A DNA stretch of 64,000 nt, from positions 149,707 to 213,706 of IMG/VR virus record IMGVR_UViG_3300043434_000734. One strand, 5' to 3'. Position 1 is the first letter of the stretch. Every line of letters starts with the position of its first letter. Position numbers and translations under genes: made by a program. Origin of the DNA: a virus. Lineage: Duplodnaviria > Caudoviricetes. The notes beneath the pieces were generated by a model. That model made no database searches. It saw nothing but the letters and a program-made list of their open reading frames with translations, and had not been told where the DNA came from. Shown piece after piece: positions 18,673-29,119 of this stretch.

Positions 18673-19005
18673 TTATTTTTTCTTTTCGTCAATTGGTTGT
18701 TGTGAATATAATGTACGTTTGTGTTGTTTGATTTTTTCTTTAAGTTGGGAAATCAACTTTTGTGAATTTGATAAATCGGAGAATATTGTTGAAATTCTAC
18801 CTCCCATCATTGTTTTTAATCCTGACGGCGTAGAATCTTGCAACTTTCTTAATTCCTTAATAGTCTCATTTAAGGAATTTTGTAATTCTTCAATTTTAAA
18901 TTGTACTCTACTGAATTCATATCTGGAAACCTTAGATGATTCCTCTATTAAAATCTTACCTATAACTTCCTTTATGTGATTTTCGTTTATTAATGGTTTT
19001 TCCAT
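18673..19005 (-). CDS. coiled-coil hypothetical protein with leader-like N-terminus
   Basis: MEKPLINENHIKEVIGKILIEE. Confidence 0.7.
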   Translation of the reverse strand: MEKPLINENHIKEVIGKILIEESSKVSRYEFSRVQFKIEELQNSLNETIKELRKLQDSTPSGLKTMMGGRISTIFSDLSNSQKLISQLKEKIKQHKRTLYSQQPIDEKKK

Positions 19006-19006
19006 A

Positions 19007-19252
19007 TTAGATACCAAATTCTTTTTCTTCTCTATCTGTTAATTCACCGTCTTTTTTCATACCTTCTTTAATATACGTTCTGATTAATTTAGAAACGGTC
19101 ATATCCTTATGATTTGCCACCTTTTCAATTTCTTTAAGGTATGCCGGAACAACTCTAAATGTTAACATTTTAATAAGTTGTTTATGTTTTGGTTGGTCAG
19201 AATGTGGCTTTTCACCAGATGCCTGCAATTCTTTATAAGCCTTTGATGCCAT
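19007..19252 (-). CDS. ribbon-helix-helix-like DNA-binding protein
   Basis: MLTFRV...IEKVANHKDMTVSKLIRTYI. Confidence 0.65.
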   Translation of the reverse strand: MASKAYKELQASGEKPHSDQPKHKQLIKMLTFRVVPAYLKEIEKVANHKDMTVSKLIRTYIKEGMKKDGELTDREEKEFGI

Positions 19253-19326
19253 TTTAAAATATATTTTTATATAAATATTTGGTTTATGGGTTATTTTTAT
19301 CTATATTTTAATAAATAGAATAAAAT

Positions 19327-19686
19327 ATGTCAGAAGATAGAGAACAAACAATCGACCCAATTAAAATGTGTGAGGAAAAGTATCCTGAGACAACTAAAGA
19401 ATTTAAAAAAATCCTTAAAGAACAGTATGAGGTTTTTTGTAGAAAACAAATGAATTACGGTCCCGATAATATATCTGTAGGAACACGTTTGGAGACCCCT
19501 GAAGAGGTTAAATTATCACAAACAGGGTTGTGGTTCAGAATGAATGATAAGATACAGAGATTGAAGCAATTAGTTTTATTGGGTAAACCCGATACGGTTG
19601 GAGAGGCAATCGAGGATACATATCAAGATTTATCCGTATATAACATCATCGCTCAAATTGTAATTCGAGGAAAGTGGGCTAAATAA
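19327..19686 (+). CDS. DUF1599 / nucleotide-modification-associated domain 1-like
   Basis: KQMNYG, RMNDKIQRL, EDTYQDLSVY. Confidence 0.75.
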   Translation: MSEDREQTIDPIKMCEEKYPETTKEFKKILKEQYEVFCRKQMNYGPDNISVGTRLETPEEVKLSQTGLWFRMNDKIQRLKQLVLLGKPDTVGEAIEDTYQDLSVYNIIAQIVIRGKWAK

Positions 19687-19788
19687 GTTGAAATTTAGTA
19701 ATAATATTAAGGGATGAAACTAATTATTTTATCCCTTTTTACATTTTATAATGATATTGACGACTATTTATTTTAAAGAAAAAAAACG

Positions 19789-20148
19789 ATGAAAGTAAAC
19801 ATAAACCACCCAACATTTGTGTCATTTTTAGATAATGTGACGACAAACATATTATCAAATGTCACGGTAGATAATTATTTCTCACTATCACAGGATAAGA
19901 AATTAGGTACCCAATATATGGTATATAAATTAATGAAAAATTCTGTAAAAGTTAGAGCAAAATTAACCGACGATGAATTAAGGAGTTTTGTTGACGTTTT
20001 ATGGAAAAAAAATGAAGAATTGGAAAACTACGAATTTGCAGCAGTCCTAAACGATATTTCTAATAATTTTGATGTGGTTAATGAGGTCACTAAACCCGTT
20101 AAAAGAACCACAAGAAGAATAAAAACAGATACTACCGAAAATGGCTAG
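19789..20148 (+). CDS. hypothetical protein with UVR-like motif
   Basis: EELENYEFAAVLND. Confidence 0.65.
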   Translation: MKVNINHPTFVSFLDNVTTNILSNVTVDNYFSLSQDKKLGTQYMVYKLMKNSVKVRAKLTDDELRSFVDVLWKKNEELENYEFAAVLNDISNNFDVVNEVTKPVKRTTRRIKTDTTENG

Positions 20149-20533
20149 AACTATAGACATAGAATCCAAAAAACGGTATGCCTTATTGACATTAAAGTGG
20201 TGTGAAGGGTATTTTGGACTATGTTATAGGAAAAAAAGAAAGTTACTTTTTAGATTTAGTGAAAGGAGTAGAAAAATGGACAAATTTAAAGTTTTCGGTA
20301 ACTATTGTTTTTATCGAAACGAAATTGTTATTTATTTACCAAATTGCGAGACAATTCACGATATTGTCTCAACAGTAATTCACGAATATACTCACTATTT
20401 ACAAGTTCGTAGAAAGTATAGGGAATATGAGTTATCTAGATACTATTCACAAAATCCAATGGAGCGACAGGCGAAAAGAAATGAAGATAAATACACCAAA
20501 TTATGTTTAAAAGAAATTAGGAAACTATTTTAG
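20141..20533 (+). CDS. zincin-like HExxH protein
   Basis: IHEYTHYLQ...MERQA. Confidence 0.7.
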   Translation: MARTIDIESKKRYALLTLKWCEGYFGLCYRKKRKLLFRFSERSRKMDKFKVFGNYCFYRNEIVIYLPNCETIHDIVSTVIHEYTHYLQVRRKYREYELSRYYSQNPMERQAKRNEDKYTKLCLKEIRKLF

Positions 20534-20717
20534 CTTCCCCAATTTCCCTCAAAAACAATAAAGTGCTATCATTTTGATTTCTACTTTTAATTACAATATC
20601 ACACATCCAAAAATCTTTTAAATTACTTACCGAATCTTCTTTTACTTGTGTTTGATTAACTTTACGATAAACCCAATAGAGTTTATCTTGATAATTTATA
20701 TACTCTCTGGGTAACAT
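20517..20717 (-). CDS. hypothetical protein
   Basis: 66-aa ORF coupled to the upstream gene. Confidence 0.65.
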   Translation of the reverse strand: MLPREYINYQDKLYWVYRKVNQTQVKEDSVSNLKDFWMCDIVIKSRNQNDSTLLFLREIGEAKIVS

Positions 20718-21352
20718 TATTTAAATTTAATTCCTGTTAATTTTTCAATATCGACCAAATCGACCTTATTGTTATTTATCCCATCAGGATTTGATAAATC
20801 GTTCTCAAATAAAAACGCCATCCACTCTTTAGTTTTTACTGTATAAACAACTTTCCAACATTGTTTTGGAACTGCGACCTTACCAATTCTTTTTAATTCT
20901 CCAAGATTACCGGCCCAAATATGAACAGAATCTTCTCTCGTTGATATTTCTCTAGTTAAAGTTTCCAAAGATTTCCAATCACCCGCATTTAATCTATGGT
21001 ATTGTGCCGCCATATTACTAAAATAAAAACATTCGTTTTGCACTTCAGGTGTTTGGCATTGATTCGATTTTGCGGGCATTAAATGTCCTCTATCGAACCC
21101 ACTTTTTACATAATCTTGATCTAAATCAGTTTCTTTTGGTAATAACGGATCAGGTTTAAAACGGTCAACTCTAGGTAGTGGTTTTTCACAAGCAACTTTC
21201 GCTTTAGTCTCCCACCACTCAACCATTATCGGGTATTTTTTTGATTTACTATAATGTGATGTGTAATTGGTGTGTTTTAAAATTACCACGTCTTGTGCAA
21301 TTGTTACAAAACTAATAATAAGTATTGTAATCAATAATAACCCTTTTTTCAT
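20717..21352 (-). CDS. DNA/RNA non-specific endonuclease with signal peptide
   Basis: FDRGHLMPA, FYFSNMAAQ; hydrophobic N-terminus ending IAQ. Confidence 0.92.
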   Translation of the reverse strand: MKKGLLLITILIISFVTIAQDVVILKHTNYTSHYSKSKKYPIMVEWWETKAKVACEKPLPRVDRFKPDPLLPKETDLDQDYVKSGFDRGHLMPAKSNQCQTPEVQNECFYFSNMAAQYHRLNAGDWKSLETLTREISTREDSVHIWAGNLGELKRIGKVAVPKQCWKVVYTVKTKEWMAFLFENDLSNPDGINNNKVDLVDIEKLTGIKFK

Positions 21353-21903
21353 ATTTGTTTTTCTTTTATATAGTTAAATATATCCAAAGGGGTGTTTTGA
21401 TTAACTTTAAACTCAATAAAATCTATGTTGTTATTTATCAATTTTTCTTTAATCTCCAAGTCAATTTGCTTCGATTCACTAAGGTTTTGAAATCTACCAT
21501 TCTGATCATAAGTTTCATCGTTACGGTTTAAAAAAATGTTCAGACTATTATACTTCTTAAATAAATCCAAAATAAACTTATCGTATGATTCACCATAAAA
21601 TGTTGCAGGATACTCAGGTTGGTCGTTGTACCGTTCTTTGTACACCAAACCCAATATAATTGGGGAATCGACTATAATATATTTCACCTTACCGTACAAA
21701 CGACTTATATTACGATGTTGATTCGCGGTGATATAAAATTGATCCTTTATGGCTGAAAAATTCTCCTCCCAAGCAACCACCTTAGGAAATTCATAAGTTA
21801 ACTCAACATCCATATGTTGTTTTTTCATTTCAGTAAATAAACCTGCCGATTGTGTTGATTTACCGATACCGGGCCCACCAAAAAAATTTATAATTAAAGT
21901 CAT
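21349..21903 (-). CDS. P-loop kinase/ATPase (NadR/Ttd14 AAA_28-like)
   Basis: GGPGIGKST, IIVDSP. Confidence 0.8.
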   Translation of the reverse strand: MTLIINFFGGPGIGKSTQSAGLFTEMKKQHMDVELTYEFPKVVAWEENFSAIKDQFYITANQHRNISRLYGKVKYIIVDSPIILGLVYKERYNDQPEYPATFYGESYDKFILDLFKKYNSLNIFLNRNDETYDQNGRFQNLSESKQIDLEIKEKLINNNIDFIEFKVNQNTPLDIFNYIKEKQI

Positions 21904-21904
21904 T

Positions 21905-22603
21905 TTATTGTATTTTTAAATTATTAACACTTATTTTTTGATTTATATATTCAGCAATGAACCGATTACCGTCTTCGTTCGGGTGCCCGTATTGGTCACA
22001 ACTAAACCCATTTTCAACCATAAAATTTAACAACCCATTAAATATAAAATTTTCACCTAAATTAAAATCTAAAAAAAAGTTAAAGTCAATTTTTTTATAT
22101 ATGTTTAAATCTTTGATTGAATAATCTAAACCAAAGTAATTAAAAAAATAATATTTTATGTTGTTATTTTTAAAGAATTCTTGTAACGAAAACATATAAT
22201 GTATTGTATGTTCACTCGCCATAGGTTCAAACTTAACCCCTAAGTCAACATTATCAAATAAATTAACGTAAACAACATTACCGTCAGGAGTACAATGTTG
22301 CCTTCTATTAGGACCCGACCATTGAATAAAAACATAATCAGGTTTTTTGTTTTCATTTATTAATAGGTTAACGTTTTCTAACGTTTTATGGAAAATATAA
22401 TCATTACCGGCACCACAAACCGAATCATTTATGAATATATCACTAACACCCACTAATAAATCTGATTTTAAACCGACGAACTCAGTCCCAAATTTTTTAT
22501 AATCACAACTTAGGTTATCCATTATAATATTTGACCAAACTAATTTCTTATCAGTTAAACAATGACCGTATGTGTGTGAACATCCTATTGAATAAATTAC
22601 CAT
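21905..22603 (-). CDS. SGNH-like domain protein
   Basis: IGCSHTYG, GAGND, GHPNEDGN. Confidence 0.6.
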   Translation of the reverse strand: MVIYSIGCSHTYGHCLTDKKLVWSNIIMDNLSCDYKKFGTEFVGLKSDLLVGVSDIFINDSVCGAGNDYIFHKTLENVNLLINENKKPDYVFIQWSGPNRRQHCTPDGNVVYVNLFDNVDLGVKFEPMASEHTIHYMFSLQEFFKNNNIKYYFFNYFGLDYSIKDLNIYKKIDFNFFLDFNLGENFIFNGLLNFMVENGFSCDQYGHPNEDGNRFIAEYINQKISVNNLKIQ

Positions 22604-22822
22604 AACTACGTTTAATATAGATAAAAAAAGGGAGAATATAAAATTCTTCCCTCGTTTTTAATAATGCCCCCAACATTAAAAATAAATAACAATTATGTTC
22701 GTAAAAACCCATATAATGTGACGACTATTTGTTTGTTTAAAATTAATTTCAGTTTATTATGTGGTAAACGTCATAAATTTTGATATTTTATTTTATATAT
22801 TAATATTTATAGAATTATTACT

Positions 22823-23455
22823 ATGGAACAACAGACAATTGAATTAATTGGCACGGTTTTGGTCGCAATGATCACAGCTTTACTCGGACCCGCAGCGGTG
22901 GAATACATTAAAATAAAAACATCTAAAAATGTTAAAGATGAATCGGATCCTGTTAAAAAAGAATTGGAACAATCTTGTGTAATAGTTGAGGAAATTGAAG
23001 ATATTAGACAACATTTAAATGCCGACCGAGTTTGGATAACGGTAATACATAATGGTGGACATTATTTACATTCCAATAAATCAATACAAAAATTTTCAGT
23101 GATGCACGAGGTTTCTAAACCTGGCGTTTCAAATATTGGGATGGTTTTTAAGAATATACCCATTTCGTTATTTAGTAAATCAGTACAAGAACAAATTGAA
23201 GGTAAAACAATCTACATACCTGATGTTGATAACCCTAAAGTTTGTACTTTTGGGTTAAAATCGGCTTTTGAGTCTGTTGGGACCAAGGCCGCAGTTTCAA
23301 AAGGTTTAGTTGACATTGTAACAGACTCTTTAATTGGAACGATTGGTGCCGATTTTTTACAACCACATAAATTAACTAACGAAGAGTTAGAATACTTTAA
23401 ACTAAAGGCAGATAGAATGTCTGGTTACATATCAACGTTCATAAAAGATTTTTAA
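22823..23455 (+). CDS. single-TM protein with GAF-like domain (possible holin)
   Basis: N-terminal TM; ADRVWITVIHNGG...KFSVMHE...IGTIGADF. Confidence 0.5.
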   Translation: MEQQTIELIGTVLVAMITALLGPAAVEYIKIKTSKNVKDESDPVKKELEQSCVIVEEIEDIRQHLNADRVWITVIHNGGHYLHSNKSIQKFSVMHEVSKPGVSNIGMVFKNIPISLFSKSVQEQIEGKTIYIPDVDNPKVCTFGLKSAFESVGTKAAVSKGLVDIVTDSLIGTIGADFLQPHKLTNEELEYFKLKADRMSGYISTFIKDF

Positions 23456-23469
23456 ACTATTTATACAAT

Positions 23470-23892
23470 ATGAAATATATATTTACGGAAAATCAGATTA
23501 AGAAAATCATTGATTCACAATTAAACGAACAAATCTCACCAAAAACGAAAGTTTCTGGAGCTATTAAAGACGCTGTAACAATACAAGGTAACATCGATAT
23601 AATAAAACGTTTAAAAACACAAAAAGTTAAATTAGTCGTTTTAGGTTTTCGTTCAGACGTTAACGATAGAAATTCTAAAACACCTACAGTCGTTGGTTCA
23701 ATTGCCGGTACTCCGATTGATAAAAATGCTAAGGGTAAGCAATTTGACAATAACACTGTCATTACATTAAATAGTGGTTCGACATTAGTATTTGGTGTTG
23801 TTGGAGCTGAACCTCATCTTGCAATGGCAAATGGTGGTTTAACCGTAAAAAATGACAATGGTAAATTGACATTAGACTTTGCTTGGGACTAA
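23470..23892 (+). CDS. hypothetical protein with TExQ leader
   Basis: MKYIFTENQIKKIIDSQLNEQ. Confidence 0.75.
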   Translation: MKYIFTENQIKKIIDSQLNEQISPKTKVSGAIKDAVTIQGNIDIIKRLKTQKVKLVVLGFRSDVNDRNSKTPTVVGSIAGTPIDKNAKGKQFDNNTVITLNSGSTLVFGVVGAEPHLAMANGGLTVKNDNGKLTLDFAWD

Positions 23893-24458
23893 CAATTTTT
23901 AGTTAAGTCATCAAAAATATTTAATATCTCATCCAAACACAAATAATCAAAACATTCGGAATAACCGGAAAAAGATTCTAAAATTGGTCTGTATTTTTTT
24001 ACAGACCTTTTTTTATTAAGTTTTTCTTTAATATCACTTTCTAATTTTTCGGCATTTGGAGTATCAATCCTTCTTAATATGGTTTCCACAATATAACCTT
24101 CATAACCGTATGCTTTACTAAAACGCCTCATTATAAATCGTTTAGAAGTTATACCCACTTTCACAAATGTTTTATTTGTTATTTCCTCTTTAATGAGTAC
24201 CAAATAGAGAGATTTAGGTAGTTCATCAATTTTTTTCTTTTTATCTTGTGATTTCTTAACTAATTTTAACCCAACATAATCCTTCGCCTTCTCTAAAGAC
24301 GGAAACTCTTTTAAATCTCTATAAGGGTTCATTATTGTTTTCTTAAACCTCCCAATGAAAATTGTTTTACCACTGTCTACAACATATTTCACCCCTCGAC
24401 TTGTTCTTTTTAAATAAATTGAGTAGTACCCAATTTTCATAAGTAATTCATCTGACAT
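23889..24458 (-). CDS. GIY-YIG-like (T5orf172-like) protein
   Basis: LYLV...FVKVGITS...R...EKLE...GYSECF. Confidence 0.7.
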   Translation of the reverse strand: MSDELLMKIGYYSIYLKRTSRGVKYVVDSGKTIFIGRFKKTIMNPYRDLKEFPSLEKAKDYVGLKLVKKSQDKKKKIDELPKSLYLVLIKEEITNKTFVKVGITSKRFIMRRFSKAYGYEGYIVETILRRIDTPNAEKLESDIKEKLNKKRSVKKYRPILESFSGYSECFDYLCLDEILNIFDDLTKNC

Positions 24459-24551
24459 ATAATATTAATTAAGTTATACACAAATATTTTTCACGATATT
24501 TGGAATATATTCATAATATACATACTTTTGTTCCATAAATAAATCGAAATT

Positions 24552-24902
24552 ATGATTGAAGAAAAAAACGAAAAGAAGTGTTCAGGGTGTAAGACACTCA
24601 AACCGATGAGTCAATTTTACAAAAATAAGTTAGTTCTTGACGGTCATAGTAACTATTGTACCTCTTGTACGAAAGAAAATTCTAAGAGATATTTCCAACG
24701 AAAAAAAGAAAAAATCGCCAAGATTGAGAGTGATAATTTAATTAAAATGACCTTTTTGTCTAGTGACACGATTAAAGACGGGTCCACAAATGCCGACAAT
24801 TTAATGAAAATCTTGATGATAGAAAGGATGATTAAATCTATTTCAGACGAATTAAATGACTTGAAAACGAACTTCATAAAGACCGAAAATATGATATCTT
24901 AA
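24552..24902 (+). CDS. Zn-binding hypothetical protein
   Basis: CSGC...F...DG...YCTSC motif typical of N-termini of phage HNH/endoVII-like proteins; no nuclease domain seen. Confidence 0.65.
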   Translation: MIEEKNEKKCSGCKTLKPMSQFYKNKLVLDGHSNYCTSCTKENSKRYFQRKKEKIAKIESDNLIKMTFLSSDTIKDGSTNADNLMKILMIERMIKSISDELNDLKTNFIKTENMIS

Positions 24903-24956
24903 GAAAATCCCACATTTTGGTATTTTCAAAAGGTATTTATTATATATTTATGTAGT

Positions 24957-26531
24957 ATGAGAATACAAGATTTGGTTTTTGACGTATTAGTTGAAGAAGT
25001 TAAGAATAAGAAACTTTTTAACTATCTATTAGAAAAATGGTATGGTAATAAACCAACCGACGAACAAATAAAACAGTGTGAAGAAATCATCGAGGATTTT
25101 AATAGATTAAAAGATGGTTTTTCAACTAAGAAGTCCCAAATACTCACATTTTTAACAATGTTTGATGGACTTCACGGGTCTGAAAAATTTGATGAGAATA
25201 ATTTAAAAGATATTACCAAATACTCGTTCACACAAATTTTAGCTCTATTAGACGAATATGATGAAGATGGGGCAAACGAAGAATCCGAAGATAGTATTTT
25301 TGCAGGGTCAGATAAAAAAGCAACACCTGAAAGAATTCAAGCGTCAAAGGACCTTTGGAATGGTGATGAATATAAAATAATTGACGAAGGAGATTTAAGA
25401 GTGTATGCCATACCTGACCAAAGAGTTTCAATGAATTTTGGTTATTATGAACAATATATTGCAAGAAAACAAGGTGGTGAACAGTGGTGTGTAACTGGTA
25501 GAAATTCAAGTGATTCACGCTCAAATTTGTGGGGGTCATATAGAAATAGAAGAACTTTCTATTTTGTTATTGATGACACCAAAGATGAAAATAACAAACA
25601 CCACGTAAGTGCACTTCAAAAAACCGAAGGAGACAGCCCAACTGGTTTTAGATTAACCAATGCTAGAAATGATGGTGACCACCCACTTACTTGGGAAGAT
25701 ATTGTTACCATTTATCCAAAATTATCCGAACACCGAGATTTAATCGTCACCGTTAAATACGATGAAGAATCTGAATTGGAAAATAAAGATCTTGTTAACC
25801 GAATCAACGAAAGAGAGGGGGATAAACTTGAATTTAGAAGAATGTCAAGGCCCTATAAAAAGGCATACATTGAAAGAGGTTCGGTCATTAGTAAAGCGCG
25901 TTCTTGGGAATCTATAGACAGAACGTTGAGAAATTTATATATATTAACCACAACTGATAGAAACGCATTAGATAGATTTCAAACTTTTGAATTGATGTCG
26001 GAAATCAAAAAAGTCGGTAGTGAATTTAATTTATTAAATAATAGATTAAAGCAAGTTGGTTTGAACGGAGTCTCGATAATTTATGACAATTTGATGAAAA
26101 CCGAATTTGATGTTGCTAGAACTAGTATCGACAACAGGGCAATCAAAATGTATAAAAGTAGAAGAACCCATAAAATGGGTTTATATAATGGTCAACAAGC
26201 CTCTTGGGTAAATTCAAACGGTGTAACATTTGAACCACATTATTCTGAAAGTGACACGTCACTTTATGTTGATGACGCTGGAAATATGTACGTTGTTGAG
26301 ACATTTACAACGGGAGGACAACCAGATAACACAAGTTTCTATTGTGTATACCCAATTGTTGAAACTAATGAATTAGCTAGCGGTCATTTCATAGATGCTC
26401 AAATGTTCGAACAGTTAAAAACCAAATTACACCCAAAAGATGAAGGTCAAGAAGATGATGACGTTGTAAGAATATCGGATTTTAATCCCGAAACGGATGT
26501 TAATATTAAAGAAATGAAAAAGGGACTATAA
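24957..26531 (+). CDS. large hypothetical protein, probable virion protein
   Basis: 524 aa; VLVEE leader; QWCVT...YFVID motif. Confidence 0.75.
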   Translation: MRIQDLVFDVLVEEVKNKKLFNYLLEKWYGNKPTDEQIKQCEEIIEDFNRLKDGFSTKKSQILTFLTMFDGLHGSEKFDENNLKDITKYSFTQILALLDEYDEDGANEESEDSIFAGSDKKATPERIQASKDLWNGDEYKIIDEGDLRVYAIPDQRVSMNFGYYEQYIARKQGGEQWCVTGRNSSDSRSNLWGSYRNRRTFYFVIDDTKDENNKHHVSALQKTEGDSPTGFRLTNARNDGDHPLTWEDIVTIYPKLSEHRDLIVTVKYDEESELENKDLVNRINEREGDKLEFRRMSRPYKKAYIERGSVISKARSWESIDRTLRNLYILTTTDRNALDRFQTFELMSEIKKVGSEFNLLNNRLKQVGLNGVSIIYDNLMKTEFDVARTSIDNRAIKMYKSRRTHKMGLYNGQQASWVNSNGVTFEPHYSESDTSLYVDDAGNMYVVETFTTGGQPDNTSFYCVYPIVETNELASGHFIDAQMFEQLKTKLHPKDEGQEDDDVVRISDFNPETDVNIKEMKKGL

Positions 26532-26541
26532 GTCCCTTTTT

Positions 26542-27381
26542 TTATGATAGTAATGAATAATATTCTTTAAAGTGTTTAATTCGGTCCGCTAACCCTATCG
26601 TCCCACCATTAACTCTTTTTGTAATTTTGGTAACTACTGTGTCGGTAGCACCCTCATCCGCCATTTTATGTAATCCATTTTTACTAAAAAACCAAGCTGC
26701 GGATAATAATGCGTAATCTGAAGCAACTTTATCAGGATTTGATAAAATATCTTCGTTTATTGACTTTCCGAATGCCGTGTAATTTTCTTTACCAGTTAAT
26801 TGAATATAACCACGTCCACAGAATTTAGCACCTTCCCCTGACGATTCAGGACCATTACCCATTCTATTTCCGTAAACTCTGTTTGCAATTTTTATTGGTT
26901 GTCTTTCATATGGTTTTGCGGCAGCCTCAGTTGGAAAGTACTTCTTAAATGTACCGGTTAATCCTTTAGCCGAATAATTGAGATTTTCCTTTGTTAGTCT
27001 AAAACCACCCGATTCGTGACCACATTGTGCTAAAAAATGTGCTAACCTTAACGGTGTATTAATTTGAAATTTTGCAGCAGTATCGGGAATTTGTCTTATA
27101 ACAGCATCGGGAATGTGACCTTTTAATTTTTCCAATTTTAACCCACCGAGTGATGACACAGGTGCCGGTTCAGTGATTAATGACGATGATTCAGTTACAA
27201 CTGAAAACATTTTATTCCACGTCCCATCACCAACGATTCCGTCAGGTGTTAACCCATTTGCGGATTGCCAAGATTTAACTGCGACATCCGTTTTAGGGCC
27301 AAATTTACCAATTGGGTCCACACCTAATTTAACTTGAAGTTTTTTAACATCTTCACCTTCTGATCCTAATTTAAGTAACAT
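26542..27381 (-). CDS. endolysin: PG-binding domain plus GH19
   Basis: LKLGSEGEDVKKLQ...DGIVGDGTW; HFLAQCGHESG, GRGYIQLTG, RVNGG. Confidence 0.92.
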   Translation of the reverse strand: MLLKLGSEGEDVKKLQVKLGVDPIGKFGPKTDVAVKSWQSANGLTPDGIVGDGTWNKMFSVVTESSSLITEPAPVSSLGGLKLEKLKGHIPDAVIRQIPDTAAKFQINTPLRLAHFLAQCGHESGGFRLTKENLNYSAKGLTGTFKKYFPTEAAAKPYERQPIKIANRVYGNRMGNGPESSGEGAKFCGRGYIQLTGKENYTAFGKSINEDILSNPDKVASDYALLSAAWFFSKNGLHKMADEGATDTVVTKITKRVNGGTIGLADRIKHFKEYYSLLS

Positions 27382-27451
27382 ACTTTCTTTCTGTTTAATA
27401 GTTTATATATTAATAAATACAACTTATCTTTTTAAAGTATTTATATTAGAT

Positions 27452-28504
27452 ATGAAGAAATTAATATTAACGGAAGAACAACTTAAAAGAGTTATTGATA
27501 ATATTGTTACAGAACAAACGTTATCAAAAAACGGTGAAGAAACGACTCAAAATAAATGGAATTTATGTGGTTATAAGGTAATCGAAGAAGAAGGTCGTTA
27601 TTTTGTTGAGGACAGGTCTGGAAGAGTAGAGATTCCGTTTTTAGACCAATTACAAGGCGTAATTAGAGGTAGAGGAAATAACGCAACGTTGGAGTTAGAT
27701 GAATTAACCGAGAATGCCGTTAATGTTGGTAAACGTATGAAAGAAGGGGGTATGTGTGATAATAACCGTCCGATGCAATATAGAAATGCTGACGGTTGGA
27801 TTTGTTGTGTTAATCGAAATAATAAATCATTAAGGAAAAACCCTCAAACCGGAAAAGACGAATTAATTGACGTTGGTCCATACCCTATTTATACATCATA
27901 TTCATATAGGGGTCGATTGGGTATTGAAAGGTATCCCGATGAAAGTGTGTCACCCGCAAAAACGGTAAAACAAAAAGAGGGTTCTATCGTTCAATATAGA
28001 AAAACAAGAACTGAAAATTTTGTTTTTGAGGTGTCTCCCGAAATAATACCGAATGCGGTGTTTATTGAAACACAACCAACGCCCTTACCACCGACTAAAA
28101 ACCCAACCGTTTTTCAATTAAATATTGAAAAACCTTTTGAATTCGATAAACTAACGTTAACTTCAGAAGCTGAAGAACAATTTAGTGAATTTATTCAAAA
28201 AATGAAAAATGAATATCAGGGGGTAACGGGAAATGTTGAGGTAATATGTTCAGCATCTATCGATGCTGACCCCTCGAAAAAGGCCGATTACAACAAAAAA
28301 TTATCTGAAAATCGTGCATTAACGATAGTTAACAGATTAAAAAACGAAACGGGTATCACCACAATGAATTATATACCTAAAGGTATTGGGCAAACGGACC
28401 AATTTGCTCCCGGATTAAAATGGCCCGAAGTCACCGATGAAAATAAAACGGCCCCCAATAGACGACTTATTATTAATTTACCGAAAATAATAAAAAAACA
28501 ATAA
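27452..28504 (+). CDS. TExQ-leader protein with C-terminal OmpA-like domain
   Basis: FEFDK..., YNKKLSENRA, KGIGQT, NRR. Confidence 0.8.
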   Translation: MKKLILTEEQLKRVIDNIVTEQTLSKNGEETTQNKWNLCGYKVIEEEGRYFVEDRSGRVEIPFLDQLQGVIRGRGNNATLELDELTENAVNVGKRMKEGGMCDNNRPMQYRNADGWICCVNRNNKSLRKNPQTGKDELIDVGPYPIYTSYSYRGRLGIERYPDESVSPAKTVKQKEGSIVQYRKTRTENFVFEVSPEIIPNAVFIETQPTPLPPTKNPTVFQLNIEKPFEFDKLTLTSEAEEQFSEFIQKMKNEYQGVTGNVEVICSASIDADPSKKADYNKKLSENRALTIVNRLKNETGITTMNYIPKGIGQTDQFAPGLKWPEVTDENKTAPNRRLIINLPKIIKKQ

Positions 28505-28523
28505 CATACTATTAATTGGGTTT

Positions 28524-28934
28524 TTAATATATAACAAATAGTGTTATATCGTCGACATTTTTACCTGATGAGTGATATAACACTACTTTACGTTTATCCC
28601 CAACGATTGGACCGCTGAAATTTTGATAAACCTCTTTATTTAATTTACCTCCCGAATTGGAATAATAAACATACTGATATTTTTGTGTCGATAGGTATTT
28701 TGAATCCATATACCGAATTATATCTTTTTTCTCAACTCTATCACATTTTGATAAGTCAATTTTTGAAACTGACAATACAGAATCTAATAAGATTTTACCA
28801 TTAGTTGTTAACACATTATTAAAGTTTTGTTCTGAATTGTTCCAATAATAAAGTTTCATTTTTATTGCTTCATTTTGGGAAAAACCCCAAAAACTAATGA
28901 GTGATAGTAATATAGTGACAATTATTCTTTTCAT
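28524..28934 (-). CDS. secreted hypothetical protein
   Basis: Signal-like MKRIIVTILLSLISFWGFSQ. Confidence 0.7.
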   Translation of the reverse strand: MKRIIVTILLSLISFWGFSQNEAIKMKLYYWNNSEQNFNNVLTTNGKILLDSVLSVSKIDLSKCDRVEKKDIIRYMDSKYLSTQKYQYVYYSNSGGKLNKEVYQNFSGPIVGDKRKVVLYHSSGKNVDDITLFVIY

Positions 28935-29119
28935 AATGTTTTTTATTGTGATACAAATATCACAACTATTTTTATAATATCCAAATTAATCTTTACATTT
29001 TTTTAAATTTTTAATATACTTATAAAAGACCTTGTGGTTGAAGTCGAAGTGTCCTTGAGACATTTGAGTTGGAATTGATACCAACGAATTCGGGTTCAAA
29101 TACAAAAAAATATAAGGAA

